Shown here one piece after another: positions 38,578-48,870 of a stretch of 52,664 bases of DNA. Every line of letters starts with the position of its first letter. The first letter of the stretch is position 1. The stretch spans positions 1 through 52,664 of the forward strand of contig MDJN01000171.1 in assembly GCA_001995005.1 (NCBI GenBank), in the 5' to 3' direction. The DNA is from Candidatus Parepulonipiscium sp. PG-Nun2H_MBin03 (GTDB lineage: Bacteria > Bacillota > Clostridia > Lachnospirales > Cellulosilyticaceae). Position numbers and translations under genes: made by a program. The notes under the pieces are model-generated. The model saw only the letters and a program-made list of their open reading frames with translations, did no database searches and was not told the DNA's origin.

Positions 38578-38618
38578 AGCTGACACACTAAATAATCTAG
38601 CGTGTCAGCTTTTTTTTT
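38578..38618 (+). terminator. Terminator after hfq
   Basis: AGCTGACAC...GTGTCAGCT plus long T run. Confidence 0.85.
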
Positions 38619-38622
38619 ATTA

Positions 38623-39882
38623 CTAATGTACTATATTATATATATTAGATTGCATAGCGTACTTATCTATAGATATCAATTCTAATTCGCCAATCGGCTC
38701 TTTATCTATATATTGTTGGCGGGTAACTTGTACAGTATAACCGTTTTTACCAGCAGTAACTACTCCATTATTTTGTGCCTGATTATATACATACATAGTA
38801 GACGGTTCCGTAGTCTCTATTATATCTGTTGTGATTACATATTTTATATTTTCTAACGCCTTATTCGAGTATATATCTACAGTTAATTCATCATCTTCTA
38901 AATAAGAATTAATCAAAATTGGATATGACAATGTATTAATAAATCTCAAGTTTAATTGATCTTTACTAAATGCAGCGTCTAGTCCTAGTGGAATATAATT
39001 TATAGCGACGGTATTTGAATGTCTCTCTTGTGGGTTAAGTCCTAAATTTAAAATAGCAGTATATAAAGTTGATGATAGTTGACCTATTCCTCCACCAATC
39101 ATATCTATCATCTTTTCTTTAACTCTTACATTACCTAGTACAAATCCTTGCTGTTGTGTTATGTCTCCTATTAATTTATCATAGTCAAATACCTCTTCAG
39201 GCATTAATAATATATTAGATATTTTAGACGTTGCCACATTAAGATTAGTAGCTTCAGCAGAGTCAGGTTCTACCATAGTTTTTATAGATATAATTTTCGT
39301 ATCAATCTGACTGATGGTTTTTGTATCTATACTTGGTTTTTGTATATCTAAATATTTTGACACATCTATAACTGTAAAATCCCATACTTCAAATCTTGAT
39401 ATTGTCTCTTCTAGTAAAGCATCTACATTAATTGTTACTAATGGGTTATGCTCTGTTATTTGCAATGAATCTTCTATAACTTGTATACTGGCTACTCTGA
39501 TATCTTGATGAACTATTTCTTCCATATGTTCTATATAAGGTAAAATTATATTTTCGTCTATCATTATCTTTGGCATATATATCATGTTAATATTTAATAC
39601 ATAATTCAGTAAACTTTGTAATACTGTTGGTTTGTCTTCAACTATTTTTTGTAATATTCCATCTATAGGCACTGTTTGTGGTATTTCAATAAAGTTATTA
39701 CCATACTTTAAAGTTACAACTTCTTTTTCAATAAGTAACGCTTCTTCATACGACATACCACTTATATTTATATTTTGTAAATACGTATTATACCCAAACT
39801 TATTACCTATAGGATTAACAATTAATACACCTATATAAACACCAATAATAGAAATTAGTATATTTATAAAAATATGTTTCAT
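38623..39882 (-). CDS. VanW family membrane-anchored protein with G5-like C-terminus
   Basis: N-terminal TM; GGGIGQLSSTLY, ERHSN, YIPLGLDA, LRFIN; GKNGYTVQVTR. Confidence 0.85.
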   Translation of the reverse strand: MKHIFINILISIIGVYIGVLIVNPIGNKFGYNTYLQNINISGMSYEEALLIEKEVVTLKYGNNFIEIPQTVPIDGILQKIVEDKPTVLQSLLNYVLNINMIYMPKIMIDENIILPYIEHMEEIVHQDIRVASIQVIEDSLQITEHNPLVTINVDALLEETISRFEVWDFTVIDVSKYLDIQKPSIDTKTISQIDTKIISIKTMVEPDSAEATNLNVATSKISNILLMPEEVFDYDKLIGDITQQQGFVLGNVRVKEKMIDMIGGGIGQLSSTLYTAILNLGLNPQERHSNTVAINYIPLGLDAAFSKDQLNLRFINTLSYPILINSYLEDDELTVDIYSNKALENIKYVITTDIIETTEPSTMYVYNQAQNNGVVTAGKNGYTVQVTRQQYIDKEPIGELELISIDKYAMQSNIYNIVH

Positions 39883-39887
39883 GGTTG

Positions 39888-40460
39888 CTACTCTTTTGGC
39901 TTATTGTTACAAAATTCTAAAATATTATTTATTCGTTTAGACTCAGATGACATTAAGTCTAATTGCCCTTTTAATGTGTCTTGCTTTTGCTGTATAGTCT
40001 CTTGACATTTAGCTATCATTTCATTATATTTAGTAATTTCGTGATATAATTTACTTATTTCTAAGTTCATTGTATGCTCATATTGCTTTATATAGGTATT
40101 TAAAACGCTGTTTCTTTTGTGTCCATCTGTTAATAAAGTATCTAGATTAATTGCAGATACTTGCAATATATTATTTATTGTTGTTTGCTTTACAAATTCA
40201 GGTAGTTCAGTAGGTAATGCCTTAATTAAGTTTTCTAAATAAAATACTGTTTGTTGGGAACTTTGAATTTGCATATTATGTTTTTCATATAATTCTTCTA
40301 TGTTAGTTATATCATTTTTATCCTCTACCGTGGAGGTGTTTTTTGTATCAAGTGGCATAGTTACTGTTTTGCGGTCTGCTTCTGCCACTAAAGTATCTTC
40401 TTCAGGCATGTTTTTTTCAATTATACTATACTTTTCCAAAACTGACATTAGCTTAGCCAT
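39888..40460 (-). CDS. Hypothetical protein with C-terminal coiled coil
   Basis: 190-aa ORF, RBS GGGAG, heptad-rich C-terminus. Confidence 0.8.
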   Translation of the reverse strand: MAKLMSVLEKYSIIEKNMPEEDTLVAEADRKTVTMPLDTKNTSTVEDKNDITNIEELYEKHNMQIQSSQQTVFYLENLIKALPTELPEFVKQTTINNILQVSAINLDTLLTDGHKRNSVLNTYIKQYEHTMNLEISKLYHEITKYNEMIAKCQETIQQKQDTLKGQLDLMSSESKRINNILEFCNNKPKE

Positions 40461-40473
40461 CTTTACTCCCTTC

Positions 40474-40659
40474 CTATAAAATATAACTGATAAATATTCC
40501 CCACATCATACTCAATATTAGTGTGCATATATTAACCCCTATTATATAAGCTTTCTTCTTTAATTTATATCCCCTGTCCTCAAAAAATAAAGAGACATAC
40601 CATGTTAAAATATATGCTAAAATTACGCTCATTGCGAGTCCGATTAATAGCAATTGCAT
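40474..40659 (-). CDS. Small two-TM membrane protein
   Basis: 61-aa ORF, RBS AAAGGGGG, two hydrophobic helices. Confidence 0.7.
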   Translation of the reverse strand: MQLLLIGLAMSVILAYILTWYVSLFFEDRGYKLKKKAYIIGVNICTLILSMMWGIFISYIL

Positions 40660-40737
40660 TAAATATGACCCCCTTTCAAGATACTTTATTGAGCATAATT
40701 TCTCTAAATCTATTTACTTATACTTTCTATTGTTTTC

Positions 40738-40766
40738 ACCATATCATACTTTTTTAAAATAGTCAA
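40738..40766 (-). promoter_or_regulatory. sigma-A promoter of the three-gene VanW cluster
   Basis: TTGACT-17-TATGGT with extended TG. Confidence 0.55.
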
Positions 40767-40784
40767 CGAGCTTAATTATTAAGG

Positions 40785-43700
40785 TTATATTTCTACCCAG
40801 TCATTGTTATTATATAGATATAACAGTTTGTGTTTAACTGTTTTTTGCGTAAGCCCTTCTAAAGCAGTTGCATATAAATCTATTTGCATAGTATATCTTT
40901 GCTTTATGTCATCAATATTTGTTGTTTTATCAGTTTTATAATCTATTAAAACTATGCCATCCTCTTCTTCAAAATATGCATCTATTATGCCTTGTAACAA
41001 AACGGTGTGCTCTTTTGCATCTGAATTTACTATTTTAGCATCTGTTTTATAAACAAAAGGTTGCTCTTTAAAACTAGCACAAGATTTCCTCATCCTGTTT
41101 ATAATATCCGAATTTGCAAATTCTACTAATTTATCTATCCTTACTAACTTTAGTGCTTGCTTATCTATTTTATTTTGCTCCACTAACTCAGTAAGATTGC
41201 GTCCTAATGAATTATAATCTTTATTTTGCAAATAATCTATATTTTCAAACACACTGTGAATAATAGAACCACGCAAGAGAGCATTTTGTATATTATCAAA
41301 TCTAGGAATATATTTATCCACTTTGGCATCATGTTGCATTTCATTTTTAAGATAAGATACGGAAACTTTATGAGGTAAACTTAAACCTGCTTTATTTTTA
41401 TATGTGTAGTTAAGCTTTTTAAATATCTCATCTTTATTGTTTGTATATTGTAATTGCGTGCTATGCTCAAACTCAAATTGGTGGGTGTCTCTTTTTTCAC
41501 TTTTATCTTTTGTTATTTCATCTACACTCCATTTTTTTAACATCCAATTAGCTTTCGGATTATACCCATTTATACTAATATCGCCAATATTTTTATTCGT
41601 CATAAGACTTAGCATAATCCATTCCAGATAACTTTTTTGTTTTCTTATTAATAATGTATTTACTAAGAGTGTATTTCTAGTTGCATATATTTTAGATTTA
41701 TTAAATAATTTGGCATATTCTTTACTTATTCCTGTAATAACTAATTTTTCTCTTGCACGGGTTAGGGCTACATATAAAATCCGCATCTCTTCTGAGATAT
41801 TTTCTCTGTGTATTCTATTTTTTATAGCTATTTGAGATATAGTAGGATATTTGATATAATTATGCTTGTATTTTGTACCAAAACCTAGTTCATTATGCAA
41901 TAATATCGGCTTAGATATATCTTTATTATTAAACTGTTTACCAGCTTGTGCTAGAATTACTATAGGAAACTCAAGCCCTTTACTTTTATGAATGCTCATA
42001 ATCTTCACAACATTATCTTGTTCTAGATTAACTTTAGCCTGCTCTAGCTTATCTTTTAGAGTCTCAACTTTTTTAAGATAATTTATGAAGCTAAATAATC
42101 CTGTTTTTACGTTTTCCTCATAACATTGGGCTTCTGTTTTTAAAATGTGTAGATTTCCTATTTTTTGTTCACCTAATGCACATATATATCTATAATACCC
42201 TGTTTTTAAATATATCTCACTAATTAGCTCTTCTACTGTTACAATAGTAGATAATTCTTTAAAATATTTTATATTTTCTATAAAATCACGTAATACTATG
42301 TCTTCATTTTGCGATAAATATTCTACAAGTGCTTGATAAAAAGTACCTGTTAAATCTGAATTTCTTATAGCTGAAAGTTTTTCAAAATCTACTCCTACAA
42401 TAGGGGAACGTAGCACTGATATTAGTGGGATATCTTGGTCTATATTATCAATTATCTGTAAATAATTAATCATACACCTAATCTCTGTGGCTTCAAAAAA
42501 AGATTTATTAACTTCTGCATATGCATTTATACCTGCGTTAATTAATTCTTCTTCAAATATTACTGAACTTGTTTTGGCACGTAGTAAAATCACAACATCT
42601 TTATATGTGGCTTTTCTATATTCATTAATTTCTTTATCATAAATTTGCGTGGTTTCTAACATTTGTTTAATAAGTTTTACAATAAGTTTTGCTTCAGTTG
42701 TGTCTTTATCTTCTTCATTACTATCTTCGTTATCCTCATGAGCTTTAGTATTATTTTCTATTATATGAATTTCACTGCAAGGGTCGTTATATTTTTTATC
42801 ATATAAGTTACCATACTCTAGTCTAGCATTTTTATCATATTCAAGGTCTCCTACGTCTTTGCTTAGCAATTGTTCAAAGATTTCATTAACTGACCTTAAT
42901 ACATTTTCTCTACTTCTAAAATTTTGTGATAAATCTATAGCAATATTATTACTTGGTAATTTAGTTTTAAAATCATCATATTTTTCAGAAAATATCTGCG
43001 GGTTAGCTAATCTAAATCTATATATACTCTGCTTCATATCTCCTACCATAAAGATAGTTGCCCCTTTTGATGTTAATGCTTTAAGAATAGTTTCTTGCAC
43101 ATTGTTAACGTCTTGATACTCATCTATATATATTTCTTTATAAAATTTCGATAATTCTATGGCAATTTCTGTTGCATTACCATTTTCATTAACCAATATC
43201 TTTAAGGCATACTGCTCCAAATCGTTAAAATCTAATAACCCTCTATCTTTCTTTATGTCAGAATATTTTTTTGTAAATACGTTTACTAACCGGATTATTT
43301 CTTTAATTAAATTGTCCAGTCGTGGGTTATCTGTGGGCATACTACACTGGGATTTTATATTTTTTATATGGTCTTTATATACTTCTCGTAATAACTGTAC
43401 CTTTTCTTTTAACTCAGGGTCAGCATCTTGTTTCCTATTTAAAGTCGCAAATTTTATTGATATACTTTTGTTCACTTTTTCTAATGTATCCGTATTAATA
43501 TTAGATAGCATATTTTCATCTTCTTCTAACGCAGTCAAATATTTTACGGGGCCATTCGGTTGATTAGCGATATTTTTAGCTTCTGTAATTATATCTTTTA
43601 AACTGTCTATTTCCTGTTTTATGCCTTCTAATATACTTTGTTCATATATCTTATTCTCACAAAAACATACTAATTTTTCGTCTAACCATTTTTCAGGAAA

Positions 43701-44249
43701 TGGTATACTCCTTGAAAAATTATATATACTTAATAATAATTCTACTATAGTGTTTGTACCTCTTAAATCCCCATAAGTATCCATTACTGCATAAAATTCT
43801 GATGACGCTTTATCTAACTCCTCCTCTATTACCTGTTCCATAACTTCTTGTTTTAATAAATTTATTTCTATTTCATTACTAATCTTCATATTTGGTTCTA
43901 AATCTAATTCATTAAAATACACAGTAATTAATCTATAGCAAAATCCATGTATTGTAGATATAGATACTGTTGGTAATAAGGTCAGTTGTTTTTCAATGTG
44001 TGCATGCAAACTATCATCAGCATCACGAAGATGTTCTTGCAATTGAGCTTCTATTCTTTCTTTCATTTCAGTGGCAGCTGCATCTGTAAATGTAACTACC
44101 AAAAATTTATCTATGTCAACTAACTCCAATACTCTATTTACTAAGCGTGTAGTTAGTACCGCTGTTTTTCCTGAACCTGCCGCAGCAGATACAAGTATAT
44201 TTTTATCTCGTAAATCTATTGCCTTTTGCTGTGTAGGCGTAAAGGGCAT
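40785..44249 (-). CDS. addA: ATP-dependent helicase/nuclease subunit A
   Basis: AAAGSGKT, DEYQD, VGDMKQSIYRFR, SIHKSKGLEF, YVALTRA, QGIID...DYK. Confidence 0.96.
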   Translation of the reverse strand: MPFTPTQQKAIDLRDKNILVSAAAGSGKTAVLTTRLVNRVLELVDIDKFLVVTFTDAAATEMKERIEAQLQEHLRDADDSLHAHIEKQLTLLPTVSISTIHGFCYRLITVYFNELDLEPNMKISNEIEINLLKQEVMEQVIEEELDKASSEFYAVMDTYGDLRGTNTIVELLLSIYNFSRSIPFPEKWLDEKLVCFCENKIYEQSILEGIKQEIDSLKDIITEAKNIANQPNGPVKYLTALEEDENMLSNINTDTLEKVNKSISIKFATLNRKQDADPELKEKVQLLREVYKDHIKNIKSQCSMPTDNPRLDNLIKEIIRLVNVFTKKYSDIKKDRGLLDFNDLEQYALKILVNENGNATEIAIELSKFYKEIYIDEYQDVNNVQETILKALTSKGATIFMVGDMKQSIYRFRLANPQIFSEKYDDFKTKLPSNNIAIDLSQNFRSRENVLRSVNEIFEQLLSKDVGDLEYDKNARLEYGNLYDKKYNDPCSEIHIIENNTKAHEDNEDSNEEDKDTTEAKLIVKLIKQMLETTQIYDKEINEYRKATYKDVVILLRAKTSSVIFEEELINAGINAYAEVNKSFFEATEIRCMINYLQIIDNIDQDIPLISVLRSPIVGVDFEKLSAIRNSDLTGTFYQALVEYLSQNEDIVLRDFIENIKYFKELSTIVTVEELISEIYLKTGYYRYICALGEQKIGNLHILKTEAQCYEENVKTGLFSFINYLKKVETLKDKLEQAKVNLEQDNVVKIMSIHKSKGLEFPIVILAQAGKQFNNKDISKPILLHNELGFGTKYKHNYIKYPTISQIAIKNRIHRENISEEMRILYVALTRAREKLVITGISKEYAKLFNKSKIYATRNTLLVNTLLIRKQKSYLEWIMLSLMTNKNIGDISINGYNPKANWMLKKWSVDEITKDKSEKRDTHQFEFEHSTQLQYTNNKDEIFKKLNYTYKNKAGLSLPHKVSVSYLKNEMQHDAKVDKYIPRFDNIQNALLRGSIIHSVFENIDYLQNKDYNSLGRNLTELVEQNKIDKQALKLVRIDKLVEFANSDIINRMRKSCASFKEQPFVYKTDAKIVNSDAKEHTVLLQGIIDAYFEEEDGIVLIDYKTDKTTNIDDIKQRYTMQIDLYATALEGLTQKTVKHKLLYLYNNNDWVEI

Positions 44250-44250
44250 A

Positions 44251-47200
44251 TTACTCCTCCTGTATCTCCATCTTTTCTAATACTGTTTCTTTTGATATGT
44301 TTTCCAACTCATCATACCTATCCACTTCTTTGTCAAACCCGCATATCCCTATATATTTACAGTAATCACACGCTGTTTTATTCCCTAATTTATACGGCAT
44401 CGCTGTTATTTTTCCCGCTAGCATCTGTTCACTTAATTTTTTTATTGCAGTGTACACATGCTTTCGCATTGCATCAAGTTGAGCTCCGCTAGCTACTATA
44501 GAATTTTTACTATATTTTCCGTCACTTTTCTTTATTTGAACTGGGATTATTTGATTATTAATTCCTTTTTCTATAGCATTAATTATTTCTTTATTATCAA
44601 TAGTTATGCCTGATAATTTAAAAGGTTTATATAAATTTAACTGTTCCTTATTTTTAAGGTCATCACATTTTATTTCAGCTGCTTTTATGGCAAAGTAGTA
44701 TAAACCTGCTTGTTTTGCGTCTGGGTTTTCTCTTAAATATGCGTCCATATATAATAATAATTGTAATTGTAGAGCATAATAAACTTCTACTAAGTTAAAT
44801 TGTGTTTTATCACTTAATTTATAATCCAGTATTTTTATATGCGTGTCATCTTCTTTTCTAAATATATCTATTCTATCTATTTTGCCTGATATAACTATAT
44901 CTCCAAATGTTGTTTCAAAGTTATATTCATAATCGCTAGGGGTGAAGTCTGAATTTTTGAGTTGATATGTTATTGCATTTATTGCACGCAAGCTCATGTT
45001 CTCAATTCTATGTGCCATATATCTGATATGCCCATCGTCTATTTTTTTGTTATTATTTATACTTAAACTTTGTGTTACGCATTCTTTCACTAAATTATGT
45101 TTTTGCTCTTCGGATACATCTATCCATGTACGCTCTATCTGCTTAAGTTTTTCAGGGTATATTTGTAATATACTATGAAAGATGTTACCTATATCTAAAT
45201 TATCTAATTTAAATACTTTTCTCTCATTCACTTTTAGACCATATTCAATAAAATAACTACAAGCACATTTTCTAAATTTTTCTAAACTTGTAGCAGATAA
45301 TCTATAGTTATAGATTGATTTTGCAACCTCAGATTTAAGATAATTTTGATGTGGGTTAAATTGAAAATGTTTTAATATATTTGAATTATTATAATTATTT
45401 TTTATATACCAACTATATGCATCTTTATAACTCAAATCATCAGATGGAGTCTTCACTAAAGATACAATTTCTTTTAAGGTTTGTTCAGGCGTATATATAT
45501 TTTCAGTAAAATTCACTGGGGTTATTTCGCTTATATTAAATAACCTGTTTACTCTATTAAACATAATAGATGGACGCTTGCTTTTTCCTTTATCATCTGT
45601 TACTATATAACTTACTGTTAACTTATCACTTGCCTTAGTTAATGCAATATAAATTTCTAATTCACTACTATATAACTGCATGTTAATAAATGCATCGTTA
45701 AGGTGGGTCGCATTTGCAAACCAACTTAAATCTACGTTTGAAAATATAGTATTTGGTTGCGAATTTTTTGGAAATACTCCTTGATTAGCACCTATAATAA
45801 AAATGGCTTTTTGTTGCGGCAATCTTGTTCTTTCTATCTCGCCTATTAGGACTATATCTTGAGCTATTGGAATAATGCCCATTTTTTTATGCCTAAAACT
45901 AATATTTAATATCTTTTTATAAATTTTTAAATTTACGTAATCGTTTCCTAATACGTCTACCAATCTTTCTAAGGTTTGCATAACTACTTTATATGTCTCT
46001 AGTTGATTTGTATTCTTATACTCTGCATCTCTGCGTTCTAATATGTCATATATATGAATATCTTCCAAAAATTCATACATTATCCTGCATAAATCTTTTA
46101 CCAAAACTTTACCATTCTTTTTATAAGTGTTAATTTTAGTTTCTATATTATTTATAAGAGTTACAACTTGATTTCTTGCTACATTTAGTCTTTGTAAGTC
46201 AAATTTATCTGTACCAACCTGCCACTCCTCTTGCCACCGCTTTTTCGTACTTATCCCATATGTTATAATATAATTTTCTAAATAATCAATATCATCAACA
46301 GGTAATATATAACATTTTAATAAGGACATAATAATATTATGCGTCCATCTGCTGCTTAAAACATCTAGCAGATTTAATATCAAACTGACTAAAGAACAAG
46401 TGTGTACCAGTCTTTTTTGATCCAAAAAATAAGGAATTTCATATTCTTTAAAAAGGTCTGTTATAGTACTTCTATATAAATTTATATCCCCTGTTACTAT
46501 TGCAATATCACTATAATAGTAGTTTTTATCCCGCACTAGATGCTTAATTTGTTTAGCTACATTTTCCACTTCAACTCGCATATTTTTATATTTATATAAC
46601 TTAACACTTTCACTATTTTTAGCTGACTTAATTTTATACGTGTTGAAATAATTTTGTGATAAATATACAATATCTTCTGATTTTACTATCTGTTTTAGTG
46701 GTTGTTTCGTAATTTTTATCTCACCAAACGGCTTAATTTTCCGCTCTATCGCTTCTAAAGTTTTAGTACTATTATAAAATATAGAATAATTGTCCATTGG
46801 CAAAGTTATCATCATCTCTTTTGCCATCTTATATAGTTCAACCAAAACCTGTTGTTGCATTGCTGTAAAAGTATAAAATCCGTCTACTATAATTATTGCA
46901 TTTTTATATTGTTGATTTATATTTAACATATCTTTTAGTACGTTTAAGCTACGTTCTGCGGTTAGAAATTTCTGTTCTATATATTCGTTAAACCACGTCT
47001 GTATTTTTTTTACATCTTTTATCTTAGACTTAACTACAGCATTTTCTATGCCATTAAAATCTACTTCTTGTATGCCGAATTGTTCATACTTAGTCAAGGT
47101 CGTATTGATTTTTTCGATAAATCCATCTTTATCATAAGCTTTTTTAAAAAACTCTAATTCATTTTTATGGTCTTCTACTACTTTTTTTAGTATTATTATT

Positions 47201-47448
47201 CTCTCTAAATCATCTATTATCGGAGTTTGGTTTAATCTATTTTTCATAACTTGCTGAACTAAATTATTAAAACTTAGCACCTGAGCATGCAGCATACCTG
47301 TACCCAAAAAATTTGCTAAATCTTTTTGGACTTCCAAGTTAAACTGCTCAGGTACTATCATAATAACTTGATTATCTAAATTTTGTTTAATTTTATCATA
47401 GCAGGCATAAGTTTTTCCACTGCCTAATGGTCCTACTAATATTTCCAA
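44251..47448 (-). CDS. addB: ATP-dependent helicase/nuclease subunit B
   Basis: GPLGSGKT, IVPEQ, GKIDRID...DYK, Fe-S cysteines (RKCAC; CDYC...C). Confidence 0.93.
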   Translation of the reverse strand: MEILVGPLGSGKTYACYDKIKQNLDNQVIMIVPEQFNLEVQKDLANFLGTGMLHAQVLSFNNLVQQVMKNRLNQTPIIDDLERIIILKKVVEDHKNELEFFKKAYDKDGFIEKINTTLTKYEQFGIQEVDFNGIENAVVKSKIKDVKKIQTWFNEYIEQKFLTAERSLNVLKDMLNINQQYKNAIIIVDGFYTFTAMQQQVLVELYKMAKEMMITLPMDNYSIFYNSTKTLEAIERKIKPFGEIKITKQPLKQIVKSEDIVYLSQNYFNTYKIKSAKNSESVKLYKYKNMRVEVENVAKQIKHLVRDKNYYYSDIAIVTGDINLYRSTITDLFKEYEIPYFLDQKRLVHTCSLVSLILNLLDVLSSRWTHNIIMSLLKCYILPVDDIDYLENYIITYGISTKKRWQEEWQVGTDKFDLQRLNVARNQVVTLINNIETKINTYKKNGKVLVKDLCRIMYEFLEDIHIYDILERRDAEYKNTNQLETYKVVMQTLERLVDVLGNDYVNLKIYKKILNISFRHKKMGIIPIAQDIVLIGEIERTRLPQQKAIFIIGANQGVFPKNSQPNTIFSNVDLSWFANATHLNDAFINMQLYSSELEIYIALTKASDKLTVSYIVTDDKGKSKRPSIMFNRVNRLFNISEITPVNFTENIYTPEQTLKEIVSLVKTPSDDLSYKDAYSWYIKNNYNNSNILKHFQFNPHQNYLKSEVAKSIYNYRLSATSLEKFRKCACSYFIEYGLKVNERKVFKLDNLDIGNIFHSILQIYPEKLKQIERTWIDVSEEQKHNLVKECVTQSLSINNNKKIDDGHIRYMAHRIENMSLRAINAITYQLKNSDFTPSDYEYNFETTFGDIVISGKIDRIDIFRKEDDTHIKILDYKLSDKTQFNLVEVYYALQLQLLLYMDAYLRENPDAKQAGLYYFAIKAAEIKCDDLKNKEQLNLYKPFKLSGITIDNKEIINAIEKGINNQIIPVQIKKSDGKYSKNSIVASGAQLDAMRKHVYTAIKKLSEQMLAGKITAMPYKLGNKTACDYCKYIGICGFDKEVDRYDELENISKETVLEKMEIQEE

Positions 47449-48182
47449 TCTTGCACCTCAAAAAAACGTTGTTTGTATTTTAACTTAGCATAACTTAATA
47501 TTTTTTTCACAAATACCGCATCTGATAATCCTCCAACTACGCCTACCACTGGTAAACCTTGCACAAATTTCATATATAGTAGTTCAGTTGATAAAATTTC
47601 TGATACCTCATCTATTTGTATCTTAAAATCATGCTCACTTGGTAAAATATTATTCTTCATAAAATTATTTATACACTCATTTCCTATAACAGCATCTTCT
47701 CCATGCGAAAGTGCTGTAGATATAAGCTTTAGTATAAAATATTTCTCTTCTTCTTTTGTATAATCATACCCATACTGCATAGAAATTTGATAAATTCCCT
47801 TTAACACCATTGCAATAAATACCGGAATATCTGGCAAACCTACTCCTAAAAATCCTAAACCTACTCCTTTAGCTCCAGATATTAATACATTTAAGTTTTC
47901 TGATTTATTTACTTCTCTTTCAAATGCTTTAATACGCTTTTTGTCTGGTTTAATAGAAAAAGAGTATGCATTCACTTTATGTTGATGTTCAATCTCTTCC
48001 TTATTATAGCTTTTTTCTATTACACTAGTACCCTTTTCAAATACAATAGCAAATGACTTTGCAAATGCTACTTGTAGTGTTTCTTGCAATTTATCGGGTA
48101 CTTTGTTTGCAATTAATTCTTCTAATTTTGATGGTTTTTTAGTCGCTACCTTTCTTAAAAATTTTTGTTCTTGCTTATTCAT
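47436..48182 (-). CDS. EcsC family protein
   Basis: GVGLGFLGVGLPDIP, YGYDY, FVQGLPVVGVVGG, YKQRF. Confidence 0.8.
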   Translation of the reverse strand: MNKQEQKFLRKVATKKPSKLEELIANKVPDKLQETLQVAFAKSFAIVFEKGTSVIEKSYNKEEIEHQHKVNAYSFSIKPDKKRIKAFEREVNKSENLNVLISGAKGVGLGFLGVGLPDIPVFIAMVLKGIYQISMQYGYDYTKEEEKYFILKLISTALSHGEDAVIGNECINNFMKNNILPSEHDFKIQIDEVSEILSTELLYMKFVQGLPVVGVVGGLSDAVFVKKILSYAKLKYKQRFFEVQDWKY

Positions 48183-48859
48183 TATTTCTCCTTCCGTTTT
48201 GCTAATATAAACTTTGCTAAATCCATATCACTAGGGGTAGTAAGTTTAATATTTTCGTAACTACCCAGTTCTATATAGACCACTTCACCTAATTTTTCTA
48301 CAAGAGCACTGTCATCTGTTGATTGCCAGCCATATTCTATAGCATTTTGATGCGCTCTTATAATTACATCTTTATTAAATACTTGTGGTGTTTGTATGCT
48401 AAATACTGTTGCCCTATCAATTGTTTCTATTATCTTACCTTCTACGCATTTTTTTATAGTGTCTTTTACTGGTACTCCTAGTATGCATGCGGATACGTCT
48501 TTACATATACATCTTTTTATTTCTTCTTCTGTTATAAAAGGTCTCACTCCATCGTGGATAAGCACTTTTGTAATGTGTTCTCCTAATATTTTTAGTGCAT
48601 TATACACTGAATCTTGTCGTTCCGCTCCACCTGCAATTACGCTTTTTACCTTATTAAATGTATTGCATATCTCTTCTCTAACAAAATCTATATCTTCTTC
48701 AGGACACACCACAATAATTTCATGTACCATATTACTACTTTGAAATTTCTCAATAGTATGAGTTAATACATATTTACTGTCTAGCTTTAGATACTGTTTT
48801 TTAGTATTTCCATCTAGTCTACGTCCTTTGCCCCCAGCAACAATTATTGCACAATTCAT
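48182..48859 (-). CDS. ispD: 2-C-methyl-D-erythritol 4-phosphate cytidylyltransferase
   Basis: AGGKGRR, KQY, GGAERQDSV, IHDGVRP, QTPQ, TDD, NIKLTTP; start after GGAGG. Confidence 0.93.
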   Translation of the reverse strand: MNCAIIVAGGKGRRLDGNTKKQYLKLDSKYVLTHTIEKFQSSNMVHEIIVVCPEEDIDFVREEICNTFNKVKSVIAGGAERQDSVYNALKILGEHITKVLIHDGVRPFITEEEIKRCICKDVSACILGVPVKDTIKKCVEGKIIETIDRATVFSIQTPQVFNKDVIIRAHQNAIEYGWQSTDDSALVEKLGEVVYIELGSYENIKLTTPSDMDLAKFILAKRKEK

Positions 48860-48870
48860 ATTATCCTCCA

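Noticed and set aside
38623-39882. Vancomycin resistance locus
   Set aside because: VanW domain only; no vanHAX/vanRS genes, and VanW-domain proteins are widespread
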